DNA of 64,000 nt, taken from assembly GCA_018818595.1 (NCBI GenBank), contig JAHIRM010000049.1, positions 1-64,000 of the forward strand, read 5' to 3'. A model generated the notes under the pieces. It saw only the letters and a program-made list of their open reading frames with translations. It had not been told where the DNA came from and made no database searches. The translations under genes were made by a program, and so were the position numbers. This DNA comes from Bacillota bacterium. Lineage in GTDB: Bacteria; Bacillota_I; Bacilli_A; Izemoplasmatales; Hujiaoplasmataceae. Below, one piece after another: positions 41,701-50,196 of the stretch. Each line of letters begins with the position of its first letter. Positions within the stretch are counted from its first letter, which is position 1.

Positions 41701-43561
41701 TAAATTTGGATTCTACATGGGACTTGTTGGCACAACTTCCGTTCCAACTACAATTTATTTAGATGACGTAGTTGTTGAACTTATAGGTTATGTAGAAGAT
41801 ACACAAGAACCAGTATTATCTAATGTAAATGATGTCACAATTGATATCGATCAAGTATTCAATCCTATGACAGGAGTATTAGTTTATGATATCTTAGATC
41901 GTTTATTGGCTGTAACAGCTATTACTGTGACAGGAGATCAAGTAACACTTGTTGAAGGTATTTATGTGTTTGATTCAAGTGTTGCAGGAAATTACACAGT
42001 TACTTACGTTGTCACAGACAAATCTGGAAATGAAACAACCATCGTACGAAACGTTACTGTTTCTGCAGGCGACCCAGTTTCTACCTTTGTTATTCAAAAT
42101 GGAGATTTCGAAACTCCACAAGCAATTTCTGGAACCGATGGAACACTTTGGAACTGGAAAACAAGTGGAACAGGTGCATTCACTTTATCAATTGATGAAG
42201 GAATCGCAACCATTGATGTAACAAGTTTAGGGGATGTGCCTTATGGAGTTCAATTCTTTTTACCAAGTAGAGTTTTAGAACTTGGATCAAGTTATTTAAT
42301 TACGTTTAGAGCAAAAGCAGACATAGCAAGACCAATTAATGTTGTATTAGAAAGTAGTGGTCTTCCTAGATTGTTTGATCTTAACATTGACATAACTACT
42401 GAATGGGTTACTTACACCATCGAATGTGATTATACTTATGCAGCTTCTATCGCAAACGGTAAATTTGGTTTCTTCTTAGGAAATGTAGTTGGTACTAGTG
42501 TTCCTACAACCATTTATATTGATGATGTTACAGTTGTTGAAGTTGATTCATTTAATGACGTTGTTGCCCCACAAATTCTTGGTGTTCAAAACACCATAGT
42601 ACAATTAGGAGAAGCATTTGATCCTATGTTAGGCATTAAAGTTATTGATGATCATGATAGAACATTATTACCTGAATATGTTAGTGTTACTGGTACAGTA
42701 GATGTAGAAGTAGCAGGAGATTACGTTTTAACTTACTCAGTAAGAGATTCTTCTGGAAACTTCACAACCGTATTAAGAACCATTACAGTTCAAGAAACAT
42801 TACTTCCTTCAACCTTTACGGTTGTTAATGGAGATTTCTCAACAGATCAAGCAACACCTTATACTCAACCTGCAATAAATGGTTGGGGATGGCATGGAAC
42901 TGGAACCTTTACAGCAAGTATTATCGATGGCGTAGCAGTTATTGATGTTACAGCTCTTGGAACTGTTGCATGGGGCGTTCAATTCTATCAACAAAGCCGT
43001 GTTTTAGAATCAGGAAGTATCTATAAAATTACTTTCTCAGCCAAAGCAGATATTGCAAGACCAATTCAAATGGCTATTGAAGGTGGATATTCAACTACAA
43101 CTCGTCTGTTTGATCAAATATTTAATATTGAAACAGACTGGAATACATATACAACTTATGTTAGATTACCTCAAAGTGCAAGTTTCTCAAATGGTAAATT
43201 TGCATTCTTCATGGGTCTTGTTGGTACAACTTCAGTTGAAACAACAATTTATTTAGACGACGTTATTATTGAATTAGTAGGGTACGTTGACGATACAACA
43301 GCACCTATGATTTTAGGAATTAATGATGTAGTTTTAACAGTAGATCAAGTCTATGACCCAATTTTAGGAGTTTCAGTCTATGATAGTTATGATCGATTAT
43401 TAACTGTTGCAGATGTTGTTGTTACAGGAGATCAAATTTCAACTGTAGTAGATGCTTATGTGTTTGATTCAAGCGTTGCAGGAACTTATACAGTAACTTA
43501 TACGCTTATTGACAAGTATGGAAATGAATCTGTTATCACACGAACCGTAACCGTAGGTTAA
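38741..43561 (+). CDS. giant modular surface lipoprotein (1606 aa): lipobox, poly-Thr linker, then seven tandem [bacterial Ig-like (DUF5011-like) + CBM4/9-like carbohydrate-binding] modules
   Basis: Signal peptide with VIAC lipobox; T-rich stretch of about 27 aa; repeated TYTxxDxxGN Ig-like motifs alternating with VVNGDF...GVQFYQ...AKAD..RPI...TEW.TY...GKFGFFLG..GTSVPTTIYLDDV modules. Confidence 0.7.
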   Translation: MKKLFLIFVMFFALFSVIACTEVTTTTTTTQATTTTTTTTTATTTTTTVTEEPDVTDPILMGITDVTIYVGDAFDPWDGVSALDNHDGTITADIQLSGDYDITVPGTYTLTYTVFDLAGNSAVDSRTLRVKEALLNTFYIVNGDFSDVLEAPWGHWAGDGGAGSATIVEGVLNYVVTAIGSLTYSNQFSQVDRIVETGKIYQVSFRAKADTGRPMIIQLEDRTTYLKYWSATIDVTTDWVVYEFAFEVTNPSMTTGKLGFFLGAIGTTSVPTTVYLDDVAITELEELPGDHTAPTLSGVGAYTSEIGLPFNPLQGVTVTDDFDLTLTVDDIVIVGTVDINTADVYTLTYTIEDASGNSREYTREVTVSLTPPPSTFVVPNGDFAIDQATSSAEGWLWKTGGNGAAFTAEIVDGNAEIVVTALGDVPHGVQFYLLNRVVEQGRTYRISFDVKALNARPIQVVLENAAYTRQFDYTYNVTTEWQTITFDYYRSNETINTAKFAFFAGLVGTTSVPTTFYIDNITIEAIPTLPDTEAPVITGIDDITIAIGDTFDELFGVGVTDNKDGSLRIVDIAITGLDTLDTSVAGEYTLTYSITDASGNTATETRIVTVAEGIAPTTFTVVNGDFSRDQLVSVTTNGWLWKISGSGAFTAKIQNGIAEINVTNVGIVPHGVQFYQDSRITVTDAVYLITFRAKADMPRPIRVVLENTANWSNIMYADFNLTTEWATYTIEYNNTGAGITTAKFGFFLGAVLGTSVPTTIYLDDVSIVTIAEATDTVAPALIGVDDTILIQGNAFDPLLGVRVWDFNDKLLTAEDIIITGTVDHTTLGSYDLVYTVTDAADHVTQVTRTITVVASGLPSTFTVVNGDFEIPQAISGTDGTLWNWKTSGTGAFTLAIDEGIATVNVTSLGTVPYGVQFFQLSRVIEYGSIYKVTFKAKADIARPIQFAVEGGSSSTNRLYDEIFDISTEWVTYETEVCITNSFSFNNGKFGFYMGLVGTTSVPTTIYLDDVVVELIGYVEDTQEPVLSNVNDVTIDIDQVFNPMTGVLVYDILDRLLAVTAITVTGDQVTLVEGIYVFDSSVAGNYTVTYVVTDKSGNETTIVRNVTVSAGDPVSTFVIQNGDFETPQAISGTDGTLWNWKTSGTGAFTLSIDEGIATIDVTSLGDVPYGVQFFLPSRVLELGSSYLITFRAKADIARPINVVLESSGLPRLFDLNIDITTEWVTYTIECDYTYAASIANGKFGFFLGNVVGTSVPTTIYIDDVTVVEVDSFNDVVAPQILGVQNTIVQLGEAFDPMLGIKVIDDHDRTLLPEYVSVTGTVDVEVAGDYVLTYSVRDSSGNFTTVLRTITVQETLLPSTFTVVNGDFSTDQATPYTQPAINGWGWHGTGTFTASIIDGVAVIDVTALGTVAWGVQFYQQSRVLESGSIYKITFSAKADIARPIQMAIEGGYSTTTRLFDQIFNIETDWNTYTTYVRLPQSASFSNGKFAFFMGLVGTTSVETTIYLDDVIIELVGYVDDTTAPMILGINDVVLTVDQVYDPILGVSVYDSYDRLLTVADVVVTGDQISTVVDAYVFDSSVAGTYTVTYTLIDKYGNESVITRTVTVG
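38808..38888 (+). repeat. imperfect ACN codon repeat encoding the poly-Thr linker
   Basis: acn-rich low-complexity run of about 80 bp; produces the spurious antisense poly-Val ORF 38728-38943. Confidence 0.8.
41345..42275 (+). repeat. near-identical intragenic direct repeats (about 90% identity over about 160 nt, 774-bp period) within the modular lipoprotein gene
   Basis: ccacaagcaatttctggaaccgatggaac.ctttggaactggaaaacaagtggaac occurs at 41351 and again at 42125; a further related copy lies near 42830. Confidence 0.8.
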
Positions 43562-43588
43562 CACAAGATTCTCATTTTTTCCTATCAG

Positions 43589-43620
43589 GGCGAGCAAGAA
43601 TTTTGCTCGCCTTGATTATC
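43589..43620 (+). terminator. hairpin terminator after the modular lipoprotein gene
   Basis: ggcgagcaa-gaatt-ttgctcgcc 9-bp stem followed by a weak U-tract. Confidence 0.5.
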
Positions 43621-43701
43621 TTTATTGACAAATGATTTACAAAAAAGTTGCTATATACTATAATATAGTAAAAATATTTTACAAGAAATGTTGGTGACGG
43701 A

Positions 43702-44712
43702 GTGAAAAAGACCATTTATGATGTAGCAAAAGCAATGAATCTATCTCCAGGAACCATTTCGAAAATATTAAATAATAATGGAAATGTAAGTCAAGAAACA
43801 AGAGAACGTGTCTTAAATTATGTTAAAAAAATTGGATATGTGGCTGATACGAATGCTAGAATATTAAAATCTAAATTTAGTTGGACCATTGGCGTTATTT
43901 TCTCTGACATTTCCTTAATCGGTTTGGAGCATCCTTTTTTTGCAAGTATCATTCAACAATTCAAAAATTATGTAGAGAAACAAGGATATGAAATTGTTTT
44001 TATTGTAAATAAACTAGGTAATAACGAATTAACATACCTTCAATGGTGCAAAAACAAACGAGTTGATGGTGTTTTAATTGTCTCAGGAAATATCAATAAC
44101 AAGCATATCATTGAATTAGTTAACAGCGATATTCCTTCCGTTTCAACCGACATTATTATGCCTCATTTAAATTCAGTTTTATCTGATGATTATGAGGGAA
44201 TAAGATTAGGAATCGAATACGCAATTTCAAGAGGTCTTGAAAAAATTGCTTGTATTACAGGCCCGTTAACTTCGAGAGCTTTTTCTGAAAGACTTGCAGC
44301 ATATCATAACATCATGTTAAAAAACGGATTGATTTTAAGAGAAAACTACTATAAAGAAGCTCAATCTTTTGGCTTTACTAGTGGATACAATGCAACCATT
44401 GAAATGTTAAACGATGTAACTGAAGTTCCAAATATGATTTTATCTTTTTCGGATGATTTAGCATTTGGTGTCATAAGAGCATTAGAAGATAAAGGATTAA
44501 AGGTGCCAAATGATGTTTCTGTTATTGGCTTTGATGATATTCAGTATGCAAAACATTTTACTCCAAGTTTATCTACCATAAGACAAGATAAAGTATTAAT
44601 TGCTGAAACAGCAGCCAAGATTTTACTGGCAAAAATAAAGCATCAAACTGAAAAAAATGATATTATTAAAAAAATTCCTGTTGATTTAGTTTTAAGAAAT
44701 TCAACAAGATAA
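43702..44712 (+). CDS. LacI-family transcriptional regulator
   Basis: N-terminal HTH (TIYDVAKAMNLSPGTISKILNN) plus periplasmic-binding-protein-like sugar-binding domain; GTG start. Confidence 0.85.
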   Translation: MKKTIYDVAKAMNLSPGTISKILNNNGNVSQETRERVLNYVKKIGYVADTNARILKSKFSWTIGVIFSDISLIGLEHPFFASIIQQFKNYVEKQGYEIVFIVNKLGNNELTYLQWCKNKRVDGVLIVSGNINNKHIIELVNSDIPSVSTDIIMPHLNSVLSDDYEGIRLGIEYAISRGLEKIACITGPLTSRAFSERLAAYHNIMLKNGLILRENYYKEAQSFGFTSGYNATIEMLNDVTEVPNMILSFSDDLAFGVIRALEDKGLKVPNDVSVIGFDDIQYAKHFTPSLSTIRQDKVLIAETAAKILLAKIKHQTEKNDIIKKIPVDLVLRNSTR

Positions 44713-44715
44713 TCT

Positions 44716-44742
44716 AAAGCCAGCATTTGCTGGCTTTTACTT
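44716..44742 (+). terminator. Rho-independent terminator
   Basis: aaagccagca-ttt-tgctggcttt stem-loop plus a T-run. Confidence 0.65.
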
Positions 44743-44866
44743 TGGTTTTTTCATTTATACAATGTTAATTCTTTTAGAATACTAAAATAGATTTATATCT
44801 TCTTTTTTGTTTGAAAAAGAGAAGTTTTACTGGTATAATAACAGATATGTTTTTGAAGGAGATTAA

Positions 44867-45592
44867 ATGATAAATACAATACTTTTTGATTTAGATGGTA
44901 CGTTATTGCCATTAGATGAAGACCAATTTATTAATATATATTTTACAAAAATTGGTGAAACTTTTTCCAAACAAGGATTTGATAAAAAAAAGTTTGTTGA
45001 GGCTGTTTGGATTGGAACAAAAGCTATGGTTGAAAACGATGGTGTTCATTCAAATGAAATCGTATTTTGGGATACATTTCAAAAATTGATTTCATGTGAT
45101 TTGAATGCTCTTCAACAGGATTTTTTAGAATTTTATCAAACGCATTTTGATGAAGTTAGAAATTCAGTGAATCCATCTATATTTGCAAAAAAATGCATTG
45201 ATTTATTAAAGAAGAAGGGTTATCGCATCGGACTTGCAACTAATCCATTGTTTCCTCAAATTGCAACGTTTAAAAGAATCGCATGGGCAGGATTAAAAAC
45301 ATCAGATTTTGAAATAATTACTACCTATGAAAATTCTAATTTTGCAAAACCTAATCTAAAATACTTTGAAACGATCTTTACAAAATTAAATGTTACTCCA
45401 AGCGAATGTTTAATGGTTGGCAATGATGCATCAGAGGATATGATTATAGAGTCATTAGGAGCTTCAACATTTTTATTAACTGATTGTTTAAACAATCACA
45501 AAGGAGTCGATATTTCTTTATATGAACACGGTTCTTTTGAAGAATTATATGTCTTTTTAAGTAATCTTCCAGATTTAGAGGCAAAAAAATGA
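44867..45592 (+). CDS. HAD-superfamily hydrolase
   Basis: N-terminal DLDGTL motif I, downstream GLATN and GND motifs. Confidence 0.7.
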   Translation: MINTILFDLDGTLLPLDEDQFINIYFTKIGETFSKQGFDKKKFVEAVWIGTKAMVENDGVHSNEIVFWDTFQKLISCDLNALQQDFLEFYQTHFDEVRNSVNPSIFAKKCIDLLKKKGYRIGLATNPLFPQIATFKRIAWAGLKTSDFEIITTYENSNFAKPNLKYFETIFTKLNVTPSECLMVGNDASEDMIIESLGASTFLLTDCLNNHKGVDISLYEHGSFEELYVFLSNLPDLEAKK

Positions 45593-46188
45593 ACATTTTG
45601 ATTACTGCTTTTGAACCATTTGATGGTCAACAAATCAATTCGTCCTATGAAATTGTTTCAAAAATCAATTTTACTTCTAAAGATGTACAAATGATTAAAA
45701 TTACATTACCTGTAGTCTATGATAAAGATCTTTATTTTAAATTGCTTAATGACTATCAACCAGATTATTTATTGTTATGTGGTCAAGCAGCCAACAGAAA
45801 GATGATATCATTAGAACAAGTTGGACTTAATTTCATGTATGCAAATATTCCTGATAATTCTGGAGTATTAAAAAGAGGAGAAAAAATCATTCAAGAAGGC
45901 CCAGATGCCTTATTTTCAACCATTGATTTCATGCCGTTTTTAAATTCTATAGAAAATACAAAATTACCAGTTGAGCTTTCTTTGACTGCGGGGGCTTATA
46001 TTTGTAATTTGGCATTATATACTAGTCTTTACTTTGCTAAAATTTCGAGTTTGAATACAAAAATAGGGTTTATTCATTTCCCTTTGCTTGAAAGTCAAAC
46101 AGAGGGAAATAATAAGCCAGCAATTTCTTTAAAAACGGGAGTTTTGGTTCTCGAGAAACTTCTAAAATATTTAAGTGAAAAAGAGTAA
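45589..46188 (+). CDS. pcp: pyroglutamyl-peptidase I
   Basis: MNILITAFEPFDG N-terminus and conserved C-terminal Cys/His region of peptidase C15. Confidence 0.8.
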   Translation: MNILITAFEPFDGQQINSSYEIVSKINFTSKDVQMIKITLPVVYDKDLYFKLLNDYQPDYLLLCGQAANRKMISLEQVGLNFMYANIPDNSGVLKRGEKIIQEGPDALFSTIDFMPFLNSIENTKLPVELSLTAGAYICNLALYTSLYFAKISSLNTKIGFIHFPLLESQTEGNNKPAISLKTGVLVLEKLLKYLSEKE

Positions 46189-46309
46189 AAAGCTTCTGAA
46201 ACTAATGTTTTAACAATTGTTAAGAAACGATCATTTTACTATTGGTCTATCTTGTCAAAACAAAAACACAAAAATATAAAAAAAATAACAAAAAAAACTG
46301 GCAAAGATT

Positions 46310-46338
46310 TTGACTTTTACTTAATAATTGTTTATAAT
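46310..46338 (+). promoter_or_regulatory. sigma-A type promoter TTGACT-17-TATAAT upstream of the deoxynucleoside kinase gene
   Basis: Hexamers at 46310-46315 and 46333-46338. Confidence 0.5.
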
Positions 46339-46368
46339 AAACATAGTTATTTTCAACAGGAGGAAATT

Positions 46369-47004
46369 ATGAGAATAGGTATTATTGGCCCCATTGGAAG
46401 CGGAAAATCAACTTTATCTAAGAAGTTAGCAGACTACTATCACTCGACTTTAGTAGAAGAACCTGTGGAGAAGAACGAATACCTACCTTATTTTTACAAA
46501 GACAAAGAAACGTTTGCTTTACTATCTCAAAACGCTTTTTACAGTTCGCTTTTTTTGTTAATGTGGAAGACAAAACATCTAGACAATGTAATTTGTGATT
46601 CAACGTTATTTTCTAATCTTGTTTTTACCGAATTACTAAGACTTGAAGGAATTATGTCGGCAATGGAAGTGGCTCTTACCTATGCCATTGCAGATGAACA
46701 TTTAAAACGAATTCCAGATGTGGACATTCATTTAGTGATTGTAAGAGAAACAGATCAATTATTTGATAATGTTAGAAGCAGAGGCAGAGATATTGAACAA
46801 GGTCAACAAGAGTATTTATCTTTTCATTATGCAAATTATTATTCCGTACTAAAGCGAATATTTAAAAATTATAAAGTTCCTGAATCGAAAATTCTTTGGT
46901 TAAGAATTAATGATATGGAACAAGAAAACGAATTTAAAGAAATTATTAAGACAATTGAAATGAAATTTGCTGAAATTCAAGAAAAATTAAAAGGCACCTT
47001 TTAA
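46369..47004 (+). CDS. deoxynucleoside kinase (dCK/dGK family)
   Basis: GPIGSGKST P-loop at the N-terminus; ATG at 46369 preceded by an AGGAGGA RBS (the ORF-track start at 46252 is an extension); DRS-like motifs. Confidence 0.75.
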   Translation: MRIGIIGPIGSGKSTLSKKLADYYHSTLVEEPVEKNEYLPYFYKDKETFALLSQNAFYSSLFLLMWKTKHLDNVICDSTLFSNLVFTELLRLEGIMSAMEVALTYAIADEHLKRIPDVDIHLVIVRETDQLFDNVRSRGRDIEQGQQEYLSFHYANYYSVLKRIFKNYKVPESKILWLRINDMEQENEFKEIIKTIEMKFAEIQEKLKGTF

Positions 47005-47030
47005 AGGGTTGCCTCTTTTTTTATTTCATA

Positions 47031-47969
47031 TCAAGTAGTACGATTTTGAAACCATCGAATTGTTTTTTCTACTGTTGCAGGAAAAGGGGTTAACTCCTCT
47101 AGTAAATCTTTTTTCATTAACGTATTGTCGTATTGGTAATTATCTAAAACTGCATCAATCATCATCCTTGAAAAGCCAGGGACAAACCTTGAAAAAGCTT
47201 TGGCTAAAAAACCAGGAATGCAAAAATAAATAGCTTTCTTTTGTGCAAAGAAATTGATTTCTTCATAAAATTTTTTAATCAAATGGTTGTATCCGGAAAG
47301 AATATAACTTCCACTTAAATTTTTATCTAATCCAGAAATAATAGCGTTGCAACAATCTATAACATCAATAAAATTATATCCGCCTTTTACATAAAAAAAG
47401 ATTTTTCTTTTCAAGGATTTTTGTATTTCTATTCCAGCTGCAGATGGTTTGTAATCATGTATACCAATCACTGCAGAAGGATATAATATTAAAGCATTCA
47501 TATCTTCCTTTGTCATTTTATTATATAAATATTGAGTTGCTTTTGCTTTTGTCTTGGCATAATTTGAGTGAAGTTTCTCAGGAAAAAAATCACAAGGTTC
47601 TTTAATCTTTAATGTTGATTTTTCGCGGTAAATTGCATCGACACTAGAAGTATAAATAAAACGGATTTGATGAGTTTGACAAAAATCGATAATAATTTTT
47701 GTTCCAGTTTCGTTAATTTGAACTGATTCATCTAAAAAACGATTACTTAAGTCAATAAAGCCAGCTAAATGTATTAAAGTATCTCCTAAAGCAATTTCTT
47801 TTGCTAGAAATACAGGATCAAAAATATCGCCATAAGCAGTTTTTACTTTAATATCAGAAATGGCTTTACCACTTTGTCTTAACAGTATTTTTATATCATA
47901 TCCTTTAGATATCATTATCCGAAGTAAATTATTTCCTATATGTCCAGTTGTTCCAGTAATAATAATCAT
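47031..47969 (-). CDS. NAD-dependent epimerase/dehydratase (extended SDR)
   Basis: N-terminal IIITGTTGHIGNNL Rossmann motif; start at 47969 preceded by an AAGGAG RBS (the ORF-track start at 47993 is 8 codons further upstream). Confidence 0.7.
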   Translation of the reverse strand: MIIITGTTGHIGNNLLRIMISKGYDIKILLRQSGKAISDIKVKTAYGDIFDPVFLAKEIALGDTLIHLAGFIDLSNRFLDESVQINETGTKIIIDFCQTHQIRFIYTSSVDAIYREKSTLKIKEPCDFFPEKLHSNYAKTKAKATQYLYNKMTKEDMNALILYPSAVIGIHDYKPSAAGIEIQKSLKRKIFFYVKGGYNFIDVIDCCNAIISGLDKNLSGSYILSGYNHLIKKFYEEINFFAQKKAIYFCIPGFLAKAFSRFVPGFSRMMIDAVLDNYQYDNTLMKKDLLEELTPFPATVEKTIRWFQNRTT

Positions 47970-48070
47970 AAAAATCTCCTTATAAAAAAGCAACTTTATT
48001 GCTATTATATCAAAAAAAAATTGCTTATGATATAATAATTCAGTAATTAATCATTTGCTGGAGGTTTAAC

Positions 48071-49435
48071 ATGACAATTCATTCTATAGTAGAAACGCAA
48101 CGAGCTTTTTTTGCTACTGGAAAAACAAAAGATTATTTGTATCGAAAAAATGCTTTGCTTACTTTAAAAAAAGGAATTCTCTCTTATCAAGAAAAAATAA
48201 ATGATGCGTTATATCAAGATTTAAATAAAAGTTCATTTGAAAGTTATTTATCAGAAATAGGAATTGTTTTAGCCGAGATTTCCTACACATTAAAACACCT
48301 TAAAAAATGGATGAAAATCAAAAGAGTAAAAACATCTTTTACCTTATTTCATGCTAAAAGTTTTGTTTTCAAAGAGCCTTTAGACGTTGCATTAATTATG
48401 AGCCCATGGAATTACCCTTTTCAGCTTGCAATTGATCCTTTAGTTGGTGCAATTGCAGCAGGAAACACTGTGGTTGTAAAACCGGCTTCCTACGCTAAAA
48501 ACACTTCTAATGTCATTAAAGAATTGCTTGATTTTTGTTTTCCATTGGAATACGTTACGTGTGTGCTTGGTGGAAGAGAAGAAAACAAAGAATTGCTTGA
48601 AGAACAATTTGATTCAATTTTCTTTACTGGTAGTAGTGAGGTTGGAAAATTAGTTATGGAAAAAGCAAGTAAACACTTAACACCTGTTTCTTTAGAATTA
48701 GGTGGAAAGAGTCCTTGCATTTTAGATAAAAACGTTAATCTATATCTTGCCGCAAAACGAATTGCATTTGGAAAATTCTTAAATGCAGGACAAACGTGTG
48801 TTTCTCCTGATTATTTATTCATTTTACCAGAACAAGTTTCAGAATTCTTAAAACATATGAGAACAATTATAACGCAATTTTTTGGAGAGACTCCTCTTGA
48901 ATCTTTGGAATATCCAAAAATCATTAATCAAAAACATTTATTGCGATTAATTGGGCTATTAGAAATGGATAAAGTAGTAATAGGCGGAAATTATTCAGAT
49001 GAAAAATTTGCCCCTACTATAATGGATAATATAACATTTGAATCAAAAGTAATGAAGGAAGAAATATTTGGGCCTATTTTACCTCTCATTCACTATGATT
49101 CCTTGGAGGAAGTCTATCAATATATTTCGTCACAACCTAAACCGTTAGCACTCTATTTGTTTACACACGATAAACGGGTTGAACAAGAAGTATATAATCG
49201 TCTAAGTTTTGGAGGGGCAACGATTAATGATACTATTATGCATTTTGGAAGTTCACAAATGGGGTTTGGCGGAGTAGGCGCAAGTGGGATGGGCAAATAC
49301 CACGGATTAGAGAGTTTTGATACTTTTTCCAATAAACGTTCTATTGTAAAAAGATCAAACTGGATTGATTTACCTATGAGGTATCATCCTTATAGCAAAT
49401 CTAAATTCGATTTTTTAAAACATTTTTTAAAATAA
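48071..49435 (+). CDS. NAD(P)-dependent aldehyde dehydrogenase
   Basis: ALDH catalytic motifs ELGGKSP and QTCVSPD (Cys nucleophile). Confidence 0.85.
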   Translation: MTIHSIVETQRAFFATGKTKDYLYRKNALLTLKKGILSYQEKINDALYQDLNKSSFESYLSEIGIVLAEISYTLKHLKKWMKIKRVKTSFTLFHAKSFVFKEPLDVALIMSPWNYPFQLAIDPLVGAIAAGNTVVVKPASYAKNTSNVIKELLDFCFPLEYVTCVLGGREENKELLEEQFDSIFFTGSSEVGKLVMEKASKHLTPVSLELGGKSPCILDKNVNLYLAAKRIAFGKFLNAGQTCVSPDYLFILPEQVSEFLKHMRTIITQFFGETPLESLEYPKIINQKHLLRLIGLLEMDKVVIGGNYSDEKFAPTIMDNITFESKVMKEEIFGPILPLIHYDSLEEVYQYISSQPKPLALYLFTHDKRVEQEVYNRLSFGGATINDTIMHFGSSQMGFGGVGASGMGKYHGLESFDTFSNKRSIVKRSNWIDLPMRYHPYSKSKFDFLKHFLK

Positions 49436-49480
49436 AATAGATATCTATTTTAAATATAAACTAACAAAGGAGTGAAAAAT

Positions 49481-49963
49481 ATGAATATATTTATTATTTA
49501 TGATTCGTTTTATGGGAACACGTTAAAGGTAACAGAATTGATTAAAGACGAATTTATAGCTAAAGGACATAAAGTTTCGTATAAACACGTCGATAAAGTA
49601 GAACAAGATGATTTTATTGAAAAGGACTATGTGATTTTCGGTTCTCCCACTAGAGGGTTTCGTCCATCACCTTCTATGTCAGCTTTTTTAAAAAGCAAAG
49701 TTTTTTGTTTTACCAATCAGGAAGTATTTGTATTTGATACGAGAATCGATTATATCGATATTAAATCCAGATTTCTAAAAAGAATGATGAAATGCTTTGG
49801 TTTTGCAGCTGATCATATGAAAAAAACACTTGAAAAAAGAAATGCAACGGTACTACAAGAACCAAAAGGTTTTTTTGTAGTTTCATCTACTGGTCCTTTA
49901 AAACCAGAAGTTTCTTATCAAATCGAATTATGGGTAGATGAAATTCTTAAATTACCAAAATAA
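49481..49963 (+). CDS. flavodoxin-like protein
   Basis: IFIIYDSFYGNT flavodoxin FMN-binding N-terminus; ATG at 49481 preceded by a GGAG RBS. Confidence 0.55.
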   Translation: MNIFIIYDSFYGNTLKVTELIKDEFIAKGHKVSYKHVDKVEQDDFIEKDYVIFGSPTRGFRPSPSMSAFLKSKVFCFTNQEVFVFDTRIDYIDIKSRFLKRMMKCFGFAADHMKKTLEKRNATVLQEPKGFFVVSSTGPLKPEVSYQIELWVDEILKLPK

Positions 49964-50038
49964 AATAAGGTATTTGATTTGTTCTATTAAGCTTTAGGTA
50001 TCATTTTGTTTTTGGAATGAATATATAAAGATTCTCTG

Positions 50039-50065
50039 TTGACAAAAAAAATAAAGTGCTAATAT
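50039..50065 (+). promoter_or_regulatory. candidate promoter TTGACA ... TAATAT upstream of the LRR lipoprotein gene
   Basis: Hexamer match, 15-nt spacer. Confidence 0.35.
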
Positions 50066-50196
50066 TTAATTATATATTCACTAATAAAATTTTATATCAT
50101 TTAAAAAATATTACTATTTACATCAGTCATATGATTCTTATAGATACAATGCAATATATCCTGACATTGAGATTGACAAGTAGAAGGAGGGTCATC

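Noticed and set aside
46252-46368. N-terminal Lys-rich extension of the deoxynucleoside kinase ORF, together with similar track extensions at 879, 7556, 9522, 24186, 49472, 53951 and 56787
   Set aside because: The internal ATG or GTG codons sit at canonical spacing from strong GGAGG-type RBSs, and the conserved N-termini begin there. The longer ORFs only reflect the absence of in-frame stops.
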